Assembly: GCF_004296955.1 (NCBI RefSeq)
Contig: NZ_SCVB01000055.1
Strand: one strand, 5' to 3'
Source: Brevundimonas sp.
GTDB lineage: Bacteria; Pseudomonadota; Alphaproteobacteria; Caulobacterales; Caulobacteraceae
DNA: 64,000 bases
Under the pieces are notes generated by a model, which did no database searches, was not told where the DNA came from, and worked only from the letters and a program-made list of their open reading frames with translations. Within the stretch, counting starts at the first letter, position 1. Every line of letters starts with the position of its first letter. The position numbers were made by a program, and so were the translations under genes. Below are positions 41,276-52,051 of this stretch, piece by piece.

Positions 41276-42718
41276 ATGATCCACCGCCTCGCACTGATGA
41301 CGGGCGTCGCCCTGACGATGATCGCGGTCTCCCCGGCCTCGGCCCAGGATGCGGCTCCGGCGGCGCAGGACGGCTCGGGCGGGCCGGATGCGGTGTCGCT
41401 GACCATCTACAACCAGAACATCGCCCTGGTGGAGGACACGCGCTCGCTGACCCTGCCTTCGGGTCGCTCGCGCCGCGAGTTTCCGGGCGTATCCGCCAGC
41501 ATCCGCCCCGAGACCGTCGGCCTGTCCGGTCGGGGCCTGTCGGTGGTCGAGCAGAATTTCGACTACGACCTGCTCACCCCCGACAAGCTGATGCAGTCGG
41601 CCGTCGGCGACGAGATCGGCATTGTGCGCACCAACCCGGGGAGCGGGGCGCAGGAGACCCAGCGGGCCACGGTGCTGGCCGCCAACCAGGGCGTCGTGCT
41701 TCAGGTCGGCGATCATATCGAGGTGCTGCGCGACGACGGTGTTCCGACCCGGGTGATCTTCGACGAGGTGCCCGCCAATCTGCGGCCCCGGCCGACGCTC
41801 AGCGTCACCCTCGACGCCGAGGGGGCGGGCCAGCGCGATGTGACCCTGACCTATCTGACCACCGGCCTGCAGTGGAAGGCCGACTACGTCGCCCGGTTCG
41901 ACGAGCGGGCCGGACGGCTGGACCTGACCGGCTGGATCACCCTGACCAACCAGTCGGGCGTGACCTTCACCAACGCCGACACCCGGGTGGTCGCGGGCGA
42001 CGTGTCGCTGATCAACGGCAATAATCCGTATGGCCGGGGCTACCCGCAGCCCCCGCGCCCTCCCGTGCGCGGCAACGGCACGGAGCAGGGCGGCGCCCAG
42101 GGGCTGGCCGACGTCTACATCTACCCGCTGCCCGAGCCGGTCACCGTGGCCAACAACCAGACCAAACAGGTCGGGCTGATCGACGTCGCCGATGTGCCGG
42201 CCTCGAAACGCTATCTGTTCGAGGCCGACAGCTTCACCAGCGAGACAGAACCCCGCGCCGCCGAGGTGGCGGTGATCTTCTCCAACGACCGCGCTTCCGG
42301 CGTGGGAACCCAGCTGCCGGCCGGGGTCGCCCGGGTCTATGTCAATGACGAGGCCGGCGAGCCGCGCTTCATCGGCGAGGACCAGGTCGCCCATACGCCG
42401 GCCGGATCGGATATCGTCATCACCACCGGACAGGCCTTTGACGTCACGGTGCAGCCCCGGGTCGTTTCCAGCCAGGCGGCGCCCAAGCCCGCCTACTATC
42501 GCTGGCGGACGCGTTTCGAGATGGAATACACGGTCCGCAACGCCCGCTCCGAGGCCGTCGTCGTCGAGGTTCGCCAGCACGGTCTGGGCCGCGACACCCA
42601 GCTGCAGGGCCAGTCGATCGAGGGGGTGGTCCAGGACGCCAACACCATCGTCTGGCGCGTGCCCGTGCCCGCCAATGGCGAAACCGTGCTGACCGCTGCC
42701 GTCGTCACCGGCGGCTGA
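41276..42718 (+). CDS. DUF4139 domain-containing secreted protein
   Basis: Signal peptide; LTIYN…ALV, NFDYDLL.P..L, YLT.GL.WKADYV, L.GWITL.N. Confidence 0.85.
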   Translation: MIHRLALMTGVALTMIAVSPASAQDAAPAAQDGSGGPDAVSLTIYNQNIALVEDTRSLTLPSGRSRREFPGVSASIRPETVGLSGRGLSVVEQNFDYDLLTPDKLMQSAVGDEIGIVRTNPGSGAQETQRATVLAANQGVVLQVGDHIEVLRDDGVPTRVIFDEVPANLRPRPTLSVTLDAEGAGQRDVTLTYLTTGLQWKADYVARFDERAGRLDLTGWITLTNQSGVTFTNADTRVVAGDVSLINGNNPYGRGYPQPPRPPVRGNGTEQGGAQGLADVYIYPLPEPVTVANNQTKQVGLIDVADVPASKRYLFEADSFTSETEPRAAEVAVIFSNDRASGVGTQLPAGVARVYVNDEAGEPRFIGEDQVAHTPAGSDIVITTGQAFDVTVQPRVVSSQAAPKPAYYRWRTRFEMEYTVRNARSEAVVVEVRQHGLGRDTQLQGQSIEGVVQDANTIVWRVPVPANGETVLTAAVVTGG

Positions 42719-42723
42719 TCGCC

Positions 42724-44325
42724 GTGCAGCGCCTGATGCTCGCCGCGGCCTTCGCCGCATTGGCCGGACCCGTCTGGGCCCAGGTCGAGGTCGTCTCGCC
42801 CGGATCGGAGCGGACGGCGGTGGTGATCTATCGCGACCGACCGGTCGATACCGCACTGCTGCTCGAACGGTCGAACCAGCCCTGGGAGCGGCTGGATCAG
42901 GAGGGGCTGGCCCTGATCGTCGAGATGCGGACCATCGACCTGCCCGCAGGCGAGGCGGTGATCCGGCTGCGCGGCGTCGCCACCGGCATCGTGCCCCAGA
43001 CTGCGACCCTGGACGGACTTCCGGCGCAGGTGATCGAACGCAACACGGACTTCGACCTGCTCAGCCCCGGATCGCTGCTGCAGCGCTCGGTGGGCGAGGT
43101 TGTCCGGGTGGTCCGCACCAATCCGGCCACCGGGGAGCAGGTGGAGAAGGCCGCCGTCGTCCGCTCGGGGCCCATGGGGACGGTGCTGGAGATCGACGGC
43201 AGGCTGGAGGCGTTGAACTGCTCCGGCCTGACCGACCGCATCCTGTTCGACCGGGTGCCCGAGGGGCTCAGCGACCAGCCGGTGCTGTCGATCCGCACCC
43301 GGGCGGAGACGGCCGGGCGGCACACCGTGACCCTGGCCTATCTGGCGACAGGACTGCAGTGGTCGGCCGACTATGTGGCGCGCCTGAACCCCGACGGCCG
43401 GTCGCTGGCCCTGACCGGCTGGATCACCCTGGCCAATTTCGGCGGCACGGGCTTCGCCGACGCGCCGGTGCAGGTCGTCGCCGGCAATCTGAACCGGGAC
43501 GAGGACACTGTGCCGGTCGAGCCGACGGAAGTGGCGCGCGCGCCGGTCTGCTGGCCGATGGATACGACGACGGGCGCGCCGGAGGAGATCGTGGTGACCG
43601 GCTACAGGGCGGGGCGCGGCCTCGTGACGGCCTCGCCGGTCGTGCAGGTCTCGGAGGAGACCGAGATCTCTGACGTCATCGTCACCGGCTCACGCATCAG
43701 GGCCCGGCTCGGCGAGCTCGGCGACTACAAGATCTACACCCTGCCCGAGCCGACCGACGTCAACGCCCGCCAGACCAAGCAGGTGCAGTTCCTCGAACAG
43801 GCCGATGTCGATTTCACCCGCACCTATGCGGTCACGATCGAGGCGGGCGAGGACTCCGAACCGGGGCGGCCGGTGCTGATGCTGCGGCTGAAAAACGATG
43901 AGGACGGCGGCCTCGGCCTGCCCCTGCCGGGCGGCGGGATCAGCCTGTTCGAGACCCAGGTCGGCCAGACCCTGTTCACCGGCCAGGCGCGGTTCGAGGA
44001 CAAGGGCGTCGGCCTGCCGCTGGAACTGCGCTTCGGCGAGGCCATGGACCTGACGGTCGAGCAGGAGACGGTCGAGCTGGAAACGCGGGGTCGGGCCGGG
44101 GACTACGAGCGGATGCGCGCCTCGCTCGCCGTCACCGTCCGCAATGACAAGCCCCAGGCCGTCGAGATCGAGATCACGCCGCGCGAGACCGGGGCTCGCG
44201 GTTTCCGCATCGTCCGCTCAAGCGCGCGGAGCGTGATCGCCCCCGGCGGCTATCCGATCTGGCGGTTGCGCATCCCGGCCGGGGGCAGCCAGGTCCTGAC
44301 CTACACGATCGAGTACGAAACCTAG
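42724..44325 (+). CDS. DUF4139 domain-containing secreted protein (paralogue)
   Basis: DFDLLSPGSLL, YLATGLQWSADYV, LTGWITLAN, GDYKIY.LPEP…QTKQV; GTG start. Confidence 0.85.
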   Translation: MQRLMLAAAFAALAGPVWAQVEVVSPGSERTAVVIYRDRPVDTALLLERSNQPWERLDQEGLALIVEMRTIDLPAGEAVIRLRGVATGIVPQTATLDGLPAQVIERNTDFDLLSPGSLLQRSVGEVVRVVRTNPATGEQVEKAAVVRSGPMGTVLEIDGRLEALNCSGLTDRILFDRVPEGLSDQPVLSIRTRAETAGRHTVTLAYLATGLQWSADYVARLNPDGRSLALTGWITLANFGGTGFADAPVQVVAGNLNRDEDTVPVEPTEVARAPVCWPMDTTTGAPEEIVVTGYRAGRGLVTASPVVQVSEETEISDVIVTGSRIRARLGELGDYKIYTLPEPTDVNARQTKQVQFLEQADVDFTRTYAVTIEAGEDSEPGRPVLMLRLKNDEDGGLGLPLPGGGISLFETQVGQTLFTGQARFEDKGVGLPLELRFGEAMDLTVEQETVELETRGRAGDYERMRASLAVTVRNDKPQAVEIEITPRETGARGFRIVRSSARSVIAPGGYPIWRLRIPAGGSQVLTYTIEYET

Positions 44326-44954
44326 CCCTCGCCCTTCGCGGCGTTCTGGGCCGCCTGGCGGGGGCTGAACTTGGGCGCGGGGGCGAGGCGCATGACCTCG
44401 GCCTGGTAGCGGTCGTCGTCGCCGGCGAGGGCGAAGGGCAGGGCGTCGGCCACCGCCGTCAGCATCGGCTCCAGCCAGGTCCGGTCGGCCTTGTGGAAAT
44501 CGCTCAGCACATGGCCGTGCACCAGTTCCGGCGCGCCGGGGTGGCCGACGCCCATGCGGGCGCGGCGGAAGTCGGGGCCGAGCTGGCTGATCAGGCTGCG
44601 CACGCCGTTCTGGCCCGCCGCGCCCCCGCCGGTCTTCATGCGGAAGCGGCCGGGGGCCAGGTCGATCTCGTCATGGAAGACGATGACGGCGTCGGGCTGA
44701 ACCTTGTAGAAGCGCGCCGCCTCGGCCACCGCCCGGCCGCTCTCGTTCATGAAGGTCTGGGGCTTCATCAGCAGGACGCGCACCGGGCCGCCCGGGGTCG
44801 GGACCTCGCCCTCGCGGATCACCGACTGGAATTTGGCCCGCTCAGGACCGAACGACCAGCGCCGCGCGATCTCGTCGGCGGCCATGAAGCCGATGTTGTG
44901 GCGGTTGCCCTGATACTTTGCGCCCGGATTGCCCAGGCCGGCGATGATGATCAT
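44322..44954 (-). CDS. pth: Peptidyl-tRNA hydrolase
   Basis: GLGNPG..Y..NRHNIGF, KPQTFMNESG, VFHDEID, GGAAGQNG. Confidence 0.97.
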   Translation of the reverse strand: MIIIAGLGNPGAKYQGNRHNIGFMAADEIARRWSFGPERAKFQSVIREGEVPTPGGPVRVLLMKPQTFMNESGRAVAEAARFYKVQPDAVIVFHDEIDLAPGRFRMKTGGGAAGQNGVRSLISQLGPDFRRARMGVGHPGAPELVHGHVLSDFHKADRTWLEPMLTAVADALPFALAGDDDRYQAEVMRLAPAPKFSPRQAAQNAAKGEG

Positions 44955-44975
44955 GGCGCGAGGTCCGGATAAGGA

Positions 44976-45007
44976 AACGGCCCCGTCCGTTTCCGGATGG
45001 GGCCGTT
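44976..45007 (-). terminator. Hairpin between rplY and pth
   Basis: AACGGCCCCGTCCG-TTTC-CGGATGGGGCCGTT; short T-run on the minus strand. Confidence 0.6.
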
Positions 45008-45032
45008 CCAGTAGCAGGTTGTCGAAAGGCGA

Positions 45033-45719
45033 TCAGCCCTCGGCGGTGTCTTCCGCGGCGGCTTCGCCGGCTTCTTCGGCGGCGGCCTGTTCGGTCGCTT
45101 CGACCTCGGCGGCGACTTCGGCGTCGTGGGCCTCGTCCGCGGCGGCCGAGATGGCGGCCGAAGACGTCTTGATCGAGGCGATCACGAAGTCACGGTCGGT
45201 GATGGTGGGCTCGACGTCCTTGGTGCCCTTCAGGTCGGTCCAGCGGATGGTGTCGCCCATCTTGTGGTTGGCCAGATCGACGATCAGGTCTTCGGGGATG
45301 TGATCCGCGCGGACCTTCACCTCGACCGAGTGACGGACGACTTCCAGCGAACCGCCCTGACGGAAGGCCTCGCACTGGTCCTGGTTGATGAAGTGCACCG
45401 GCACCTCGATCTTGATGGTCTGCTTCTCATCGACCCGCATCAGGTCGAAGTGCAGCGGACGGTCCGACACGGGGTCGAACTGGACATCGCGGGCGATGAC
45501 CGGCTGGCTCTCGTCGCCGTACTTCAGCGTCACCAGGTGGCCCAGCAGCTTGCCGGTGTAGAGCGACTTGCGGAAGTCGCGCTCGTTCACCGAGATGGCC
45601 ACGGGGGCCTTGTCGCCGCCGTAAAGCACGCCCGGGACCATGCCCGCGCGGCGCGCGGCGCGAGCGCCGCCAGTGCCGACGCCATCACGGACGTCCACGT
45701 TCAGAATGATCTCGGCCAT
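45033..45719 (-). CDS. rplY: 50S ribosomal protein L25/Ctc
   Basis: ARAARRAGMVPGVLYGG, HFDLMRV, VEVPVHF, acidic tail. Confidence 0.97.
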   Translation of the reverse strand: MAEIILNVDVRDGVGTGGARAARRAGMVPGVLYGGDKAPVAISVNERDFRKSLYTGKLLGHLVTLKYGDESQPVIARDVQFDPVSDRPLHFDLMRVDEKQTIKIEVPVHFINQDQCEAFRQGGSLEVVRHSVEVKVRADHIPEDLIVDLANHKMGDTIRWTDLKGTKDVEPTITDRDFVIASIKTSSAAISAAADEAHDAEVAAEVEATEQAAAEEAGEAAAEDTAEG

Positions 45720-45873
45720 CGCCTCGCCTCAACAACACAAACGCCGCGCTGACCAGTCAGCCCTCGCGGCGGGGTCTCGGGACCCTGAATTCAAGAGCGC
45801 GGGTCATTACACGCCAACCGGCGCGGACGCAACCGCTGCAAGCGTCATTGCGACGCCTGACCGAAATCTTGCG

Positions 45874-46977
45874 TCAGCGCCCGCTGTTCAGGGCCGAGGT
45901 CGCCGACGCCGAAGCCGCGGCCGCCGCCTCGGCCACGGGGGTCTGGACCGGGGCGGAATCGGAGGCTCCGGCGGCCACGGCGGTCGCCGGGACCTCGATG
46001 GGGGCGGGGATGAGGTTCTGGGCCGTGCAGGTGGCCAGGTCGCGGGCCACGTGGCGGCCGACGCAGAACATGTCCTCATAGCTGGGCCGCGAGGCGGCGA
46101 GGCACTGGAACAGCATCAGCTTGGACATGTTGAGGCAGAATTCGCTGTTCTGCTCGACCGTGAGGGCCTCGGTGTTGGCCCGGGCCTCCTCGCCGCCGGC
46201 GCCGAGGGCCGCAAGGGCGGCCAGGGCCAGCGAGCGGGCGACCGCGGGGGTATAGGGCGGTCCCGAGCGCGACGGGTTCAGCGACAGGCCTGAGCCGCTG
46301 TTGGCGGCCGCGAACAGCCGGGCGGATTCCTCGGCCGACGGCAGCATCTGCACGGCCGACAGGGCCTTGGCGCCCTCCAGCCGCGTCACCCGGTCGGTGA
46401 TGTGGGCCGTGGCCCAGCGGCGGCGCGGATCGTTGCGCGCCTGAATCGTATAGGCGTCTTCCTCGACGGCGTCGGCGATCACCAGCATGGCCGCCGAATC
46501 GCGGCCGATGGTGTCGATGATCAGGCCGGCGGCGGCGTCGGCGCCGGGCAGGGTGGCCGCATAGGCGGGGTCGGCGACGATGCGGGCGATCATCTCCTGG
46601 CGGATCGCCGGGTCGACGGCGAAGGTGCGGACGCCCTGGACGAACTCCGGCGACTGCAGCGCCAGGATCGAGCCATAGGCGATCATGCCGCGCGACAGCT
46701 GGGCCGGCTCATAGGAGGCGCCCTTGCGGATCGCGGCCTGGATGGACTCGGCGCTGGTGAAGCCGGCCTGAATGGTCTGGGCGTCGCGCATGAAGGCGAC
46801 ATAGATGGAAGCGGCCTGGGCCACGCCTTCGTTCAGGCTGACCGCGGGCGGGGGCGGCGGGGGCGGCGGGGGCGCGGGGGCCGGTTCCGGCTCGGGTGTC
46901 GCGCAGCTGGCCAGAAGGGCGGCGGCGGCGGCTGCGGCGGCCAGCGAAAGGCCGCGACGCGGAAGAGCCTCAAACAT
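45874..46977 (-). CDS. Conserved hypothetical lipoprotein
   Basis: Lipobox LASC, poly-Pro linker, C-terminal four-Cys motif (CLNM…CLAA…CVGRH…C). Confidence 0.78.
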   Translation of the reverse strand: MFEALPRRGLSLAAAAAAAALLASCATPEPEPAPAPPPPPPPPPAVSLNEGVAQAASIYVAFMRDAQTIQAGFTSAESIQAAIRKGASYEPAQLSRGMIAYGSILALQSPEFVQGVRTFAVDPAIRQEMIARIVADPAYAATLPGADAAAGLIIDTIGRDSAAMLVIADAVEEDAYTIQARNDPRRRWATAHITDRVTRLEGAKALSAVQMLPSAEESARLFAAANSGSGLSLNPSRSGPPYTPAVARSLALAALAALGAGGEEARANTEALTVEQNSEFCLNMSKLMLFQCLAASRPSYEDMFCVGRHVARDLATCTAQNLIPAPIEVPATAVAAGASDSAPVQTPVAEAAAAASASATSALNSGR

Positions 46978-47062
46978 ACGAAATCCCCACAAGGACGCGC
47001 GGCGCACCGGGGCGCCGAAAGTTCGGAGGCCTTATAACGCGCCGGGAACCGTTTTCCGACCG

Positions 47063-47998
<936 letters not shown>

Positions 47999-48203
47999 GT
48001 CCGGTCATCCTTTCGCCGTCATCGCCCGGCTGAGAATGCTTCCGCGGCGCTGGCGCGCTTCATACCAGCGGACGGCCCGGCCACAAGGCGCGGCGCGCCT
48101 TTTTGGCGTTCTTCTTCGCGCATTGGCGTGGACCAGTTCGCTGGTGTAGAGATCGCGTCTCGTTTTTCGGGGGCGCCGACGGGTCCGCACCCGCCGGCAT
48201 TTC

Positions 48204-49064
48204 ATGTTGAGGTCGTCCTTGCCTGCTTCCAAATTCCGCGCCGGCCTGATCCTGGCCACCGTGGCTGTTTCGGCCCTGACGCTCTCGGCCTGTAACGGCG
48301 GCTCCAACCGTCCGCGCCTGGCCTATGAGGAGCGCCCGGTCGAGGCGCTCTACAACACCGGCTACCAGCGCCTGCAGCGCCAGCGCTGGGCCGACGCGAT
48401 CGACTATTTCCAGGAGGTCGAGCGCCAGCATCCGTATTCGGAATGGTCGCGTCGCGCGATCCTGATGCAGATCTACGCCTATTATCAGAACAGCAACTAC
48501 GTCGAGGCCATCGCCGCCTCGGACCGGTTCATCCAGCTGTTCCCCGGCAATCCCAGCGCGCCCTACGCCTTCTACATGAAGGCCCTGTGCAATTTCGAAC
48601 AGATCACCGACGTCGGCCGCGACCAGGGCTACGCCCAGGCGGCGCTGGACGGCCTGCGCGACGTGCAGCGCCGTTATCCCGGCACCTCCTACGCCACCGA
48701 CGCCTCGGTCAAGATCGACATGGTCAACGACCAGCTGGCCGGCAAGGAAATGGCCATCGGCCGCTACTACCAGCGCGCCGGCCAGCCGCTGGCGGCGCTG
48801 AACCGCTACAAGGCGGTGATCGACAACGAAGCCTACCAGCGCACCTCGCACACGCCCGAGGCCCTGTACCGGCTGGTCGAGGTCAATCTGACCCTGGGCC
48901 TGAAGGAAGAGGCGACCCGCAACGGCGCCGTGCTCGGCTTCAACTATCCGGGCAGCCCCTGGTACGCCGAGGCCTACGCCCTGCTGACCGAGGACGGCCG
49001 CCAGCCCGACGTCGCCCCGACCGGCCAGCGCGAGAGCTGGCTGCGCCGGATCATTCCGGGCTGA
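48204..49064 (+). CDS. bamD: Outer membrane protein assembly factor BamD
   Basis: Lipobox LSAC; TPRs; VERQHPYS, RDQG, KEMAIGRYY; adjacent to recN. Confidence 0.95.
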   Translation: MLRSSLPASKFRAGLILATVAVSALTLSACNGGSNRPRLAYEERPVEALYNTGYQRLQRQRWADAIDYFQEVERQHPYSEWSRRAILMQIYAYYQNSNYVEAIAASDRFIQLFPGNPSAPYAFYMKALCNFEQITDVGRDQGYAQAALDGLRDVQRRYPGTSYATDASVKIDMVNDQLAGKEMAIGRYYQRAGQPLAALNRYKAVIDNEAYQRTSHTPEALYRLVEVNLTLGLKEEATRNGAVLGFNYPGSPWYAEAYALLTEDGRQPDVAPTGQRESWLRRIIPG

Positions 49065-49065
49065 C

Positions 49066-49080
49066 GTTTCTGATATGTTC
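49066..49080 (+). promoter_or_regulatory. LexA box upstream of recN
   Basis: GTTT-ctgatat-GTTC, one mismatch to GTTC-N7-GTTC; recN is a typical SOS gene. Confidence 0.65.
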
Positions 49081-49208
49081 CGCTAACCTCGGGCTTTACC
49101 CGGGGGTCGAATGGCCAGCATTCTCCGGCGTCGCCCGAGAGATCGATTCGCTTTGCCTCATCCTGATCCCCGCGCCTCCCGTCCCGTGACCCTCGCCGGA
49201 GCGGGCCC

Positions 49209-50909
49209 GTGCTGACCGCCCTCTCCATCCGCGACATCGTGCTGGTCGATGTGCTGGACCTCGAGGTCGACGGCGGCCTGACCGTCCTGACCGGCGAGAC
49301 CGGGGCCGGCAAGTCGATCATCCTCGACGCCCTCGGCCTCGCCCTTGGCGCGCGGGCCGACGCCGGCCTGGTGCGGGCGGGAGCCAAACAGGCCTCGGCC
49401 ACCGCCGTCTTCACCGCCCCCGACGACCCGGCCCTGATCGCCATGATCAGCGAGCGGGGCTTCGACGTCGCGCCCGGCGAGGACCTCATCCTGCGCCGGA
49501 CGCTCGCCGCCGACGGCCGCAGCCGCGCCTTCGTCAACGACCAGCCGGCGGGGGTGACCGCCCTGCGCGAGATCGGCCAGGCCCTGGTCGAGGTCCACGG
49601 CCAGCACGAGACCGTCGGCCTGCTGGACTGGAAGACCCACCGCGCCCTGCTCGACGCCTACGGCGGCCTGCAGCCCCAGCTGGACGGCGTCGCCGCCGCC
49701 GCCGAAAAGCTCAAGGCCGCCGAACGCACGGTCTCCGACCTCAAGGCCGCCGCCGCCGACGCCGCCTCGCGGGCCGAGGAACTGACGCAGAACCTCACCG
49801 ACCTCGACGACCTCGACCCGCGCGCCGACGAGGAGACCGAACTGGCCGGCGAACGGGCCATCCTCGGCGCCGCCGAAAAGGCCGTCGCCGACCTCGCCGA
49901 CGCCCGCGCCTCCCTGGGCGGGGACAAGCTGTCCCAGAAGCTGTCGGCCGCCCTGCGCGCGGTCGAGCACGCCCGCACCCGGGCCGGGCAGGCGGGCACG
50001 GACCCCGAACACCCCCTGCTGCAGAAACTGGCCGCCGCCGCCGAGGCCATCGACCGCACCATGGTCGAGGCGGAAGAGGCCATCGCCTGCGTCGACGCCG
50101 CCGCCAACGCCTTCGACTTCGAGCCCGGCCGCCTCGACAAGGCCGAGGAGCGGCTGTTCGCCCTGCGCGCCGCCGCCCGCAAGCTGAACACGTCCGTCGA
50201 CAGCCTGCCCGTCCTGCGCGTCCGTTTCCGCGAACAGCTGCGGCTGATCGAGGACGGCGCCGAGGCCATCAGCGTCGCCGAACGCGCCGCCTCCGCCGCG
50301 CGCGAGGCTTATGACGTCGCCGCCATGCTGCTGACCTCGGCGCGGGAAGCCGCCGCCGACCGGCTGACCGCCGCCGTGATGGAGGAACTGGCCCCGCTGA
50401 AACTGGAGCGCGCCCGCTTCCGCGTCGCCTTCGAGCCCGTCGCCGAGGGCCGTCGCGGCCCGCTGGGCGTCGAGACCGTCCGCTTCGAGATCGCCACCAA
50501 CGCCGGGACCGCCTTCGGCCCGCTGGACGCCATCGCCTCGGGCGGCGAACTGGCCCGTTTCGCCCTCGCCATGAAGGCGGCCCTGGCGGGGCGCGAGGAC
50601 CAGCGCCAGCCGGTGATGATCTTCGACGAGGTCGACCAGGGCGTCGGCGGCGCCGTCGCCTCCGCCGTCGGGGCGCGGCTTGAGCGGCTGGCGCACGGCG
50701 CCCAGGTGCTGGTCGTGACCCACAGCCCCCAGGTCGCCGCCCGCGGCCACGCCCACTGGAAGGTCCGCAAGGCCGACGCCGGCGGGGTGACCACCACCAC
50801 CGTCGATACGCTGGACGACGAGGCGCGGCGCGAGGAGATCGCGCGGATGCTGTCGGGCGCGGTGGTCACCGACGAGGCGCGCGCGGCGGCGCGGTCGCTG
50901 ATCGGGTGA
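49209..50909 (+). CDS. recN: DNA repair protein RecN
   Basis: LTGETGAGKS, VHGQHE, ASGGELAR..LA.K, IFDEVDQGVGG, VTHSPQVAA. Confidence 0.98.
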   Translation: MLTALSIRDIVLVDVLDLEVDGGLTVLTGETGAGKSIILDALGLALGARADAGLVRAGAKQASATAVFTAPDDPALIAMISERGFDVAPGEDLILRRTLAADGRSRAFVNDQPAGVTALREIGQALVEVHGQHETVGLLDWKTHRALLDAYGGLQPQLDGVAAAAEKLKAAERTVSDLKAAAADAASRAEELTQNLTDLDDLDPRADEETELAGERAILGAAEKAVADLADARASLGGDKLSQKLSAALRAVEHARTRAGQAGTDPEHPLLQKLAAAAEAIDRTMVEAEEAIACVDAAANAFDFEPGRLDKAEERLFALRAAARKLNTSVDSLPVLRVRFREQLRLIEDGAEAISVAERAASAAREAYDVAAMLLTSAREAAADRLTAAVMEELAPLKLERARFRVAFEPVAEGRRGPLGVETVRFEIATNAGTAFGPLDAIASGGELARFALAMKAALAGREDQRQPVMIFDEVDQGVGGAVASAVGARLERLAHGAQVLVVTHSPQVAARGHAHWKVRKADAGGVTTTTVDTLDDEARREEIARMLSGAVVTDEARAAARSLIG

Positions 50910-51024
50910 CCCGGTAGCGGCCGTGTGTGTTGCTGAAAGCGGACGGTCCGGAGGTCGGCTATGGGGGGTTAGCGGACATGGAGGAGCGTTTGCTGCCGAC
51001 TCCTAGAGCGAATATAGCCGGGAT

Positions 51025-51342
51025 ATGGAAGTCGCTCTCATATTCCTGCTCACGATCAGCTTCGGGGTGGCCTCGATCGCCCTGACCTTGGCGACTGTGT
51101 CGCGCATCAGTCGCTGGGCGGAGGGGCGTTACGTCCCGAACCTAGGGAAAAACAGGGCGGCGATGCGCATGATCCCGAAGGCGCAACTAATCGCGGTCTA
51201 CCTCGCGTTCGCGCTCGTCCTTTTTGCGTTCCTCGCTTGGAATTGGTCTGCCGGGTCGGTGAAATCTGCTAGCGCCATCTTGGGTCTAATCGCGCTCGTC
51301 TATATCGGCTGGTTCTCGATCCGGTGGCGACATCTCCGATGA
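51025..51342 (+). CDS. Small 3-TM hypothetical protein (cassette 1)
   Basis: 105 aa, atypical codons; TTGCTG-N17-TATAGC-N6-ATG suggests a leaderless transcript. Confidence 0.7.
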   Translation: MEVALIFLLTISFGVASIALTLATVSRISRWAEGRYVPNLGKNRAAMRMIPKAQLIAVYLAFALVLFAFLAWNWSAGSVKSASAILGLIALVYIGWFSIRWRHLR

Positions 51343-51418
51343 GCCACATTTGAGACCCTGCTCACGGCAACGTCTGACGTCCGCAATGGGTCGGAAGCAG
51401 ACAACGCCGCATGGGTAG

Positions 51419-51631
51419 CTAGCGGACGACCTCGTCGCGCTGCTTCTGCTTGAACGAGCGGAAACCCACCATCCAGTTGAACGCCATGAGCAGAAACCAA
51501 GCCGCCCAAGCGGGCCACCAGTTCGTCATCAGGATTGGGACGAGAACCACCACGAAGGCACCGAGGTTCAGCCTCATCAGCCACCTCGGTGTGCGATCTC
51601 GCATGTGATAGGCGACATCCATGATGCTCAT
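51419..51631 (-). CDS. Small 2-TM hypothetical protein (cassette 2)
   Basis: 70 aa, Trp-rich and hydrophobic; stop codon inside a hairpin unit. Confidence 0.65.
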   Translation of the reverse strand: MSIMDVAYHMRDRTPRWLMRLNLGAFVVVLVPILMTNWWPAWAAWFLLMAFNWMVGFRSFKQKQRDEVVR

Positions 51632-51707
51632 GCGGCCTTATCCCCCGTGAGCCGCAATGTCCGCAATGGGTCGGGAGCGGACTGTCGCGTGAGAGTGGGT
51701 AGCGAAC

Positions 51708-51968
51708 CTATCCGATCCGGTTCGCAATGTGGGTGCGGTAGCGTCGCTCCACTGCCGTGCCCGTCTGATAAAGCGCCAGCCCAATGAGAATGAAGGCGGC
51801 TCCGCCGGCCAAGTTCACCGCCCACAGCTTCATGTCATTCGAACGCATGAGCCAAGGTAGATTGGTCATTGTGATGAGGATGGCGACAACTGCGAAGGCG
51901 ACACCGAACCATCGCATCCAAGCGATTATGAACAGATAGTAGTTCTGGATCGAAGTCGGCTTTGCCAT
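51708..51968 (-). CDS. Small 2-TM hypothetical protein (cassette 3)
   Basis: 86 aa from MAKPTSIQNYYLF; stop abuts a hairpin unit. Confidence 0.7.
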   Translation of the reverse strand: MAKPTSIQNYYLFIIAWMRWFGVAFAVVAILITMTNLPWLMRSNDMKLWAVNLAGGAAFILIGLALYQTGTAVERRYRTHIANRIG

Positions 51969-52051
51969 TCCGATAATGTGAACGACACCTCGGCGGATGC
52001 CAACGTCCGCAATGGGCCGGGAGCGGACGGTCGCCTGAGGGCAGGAAGCGG

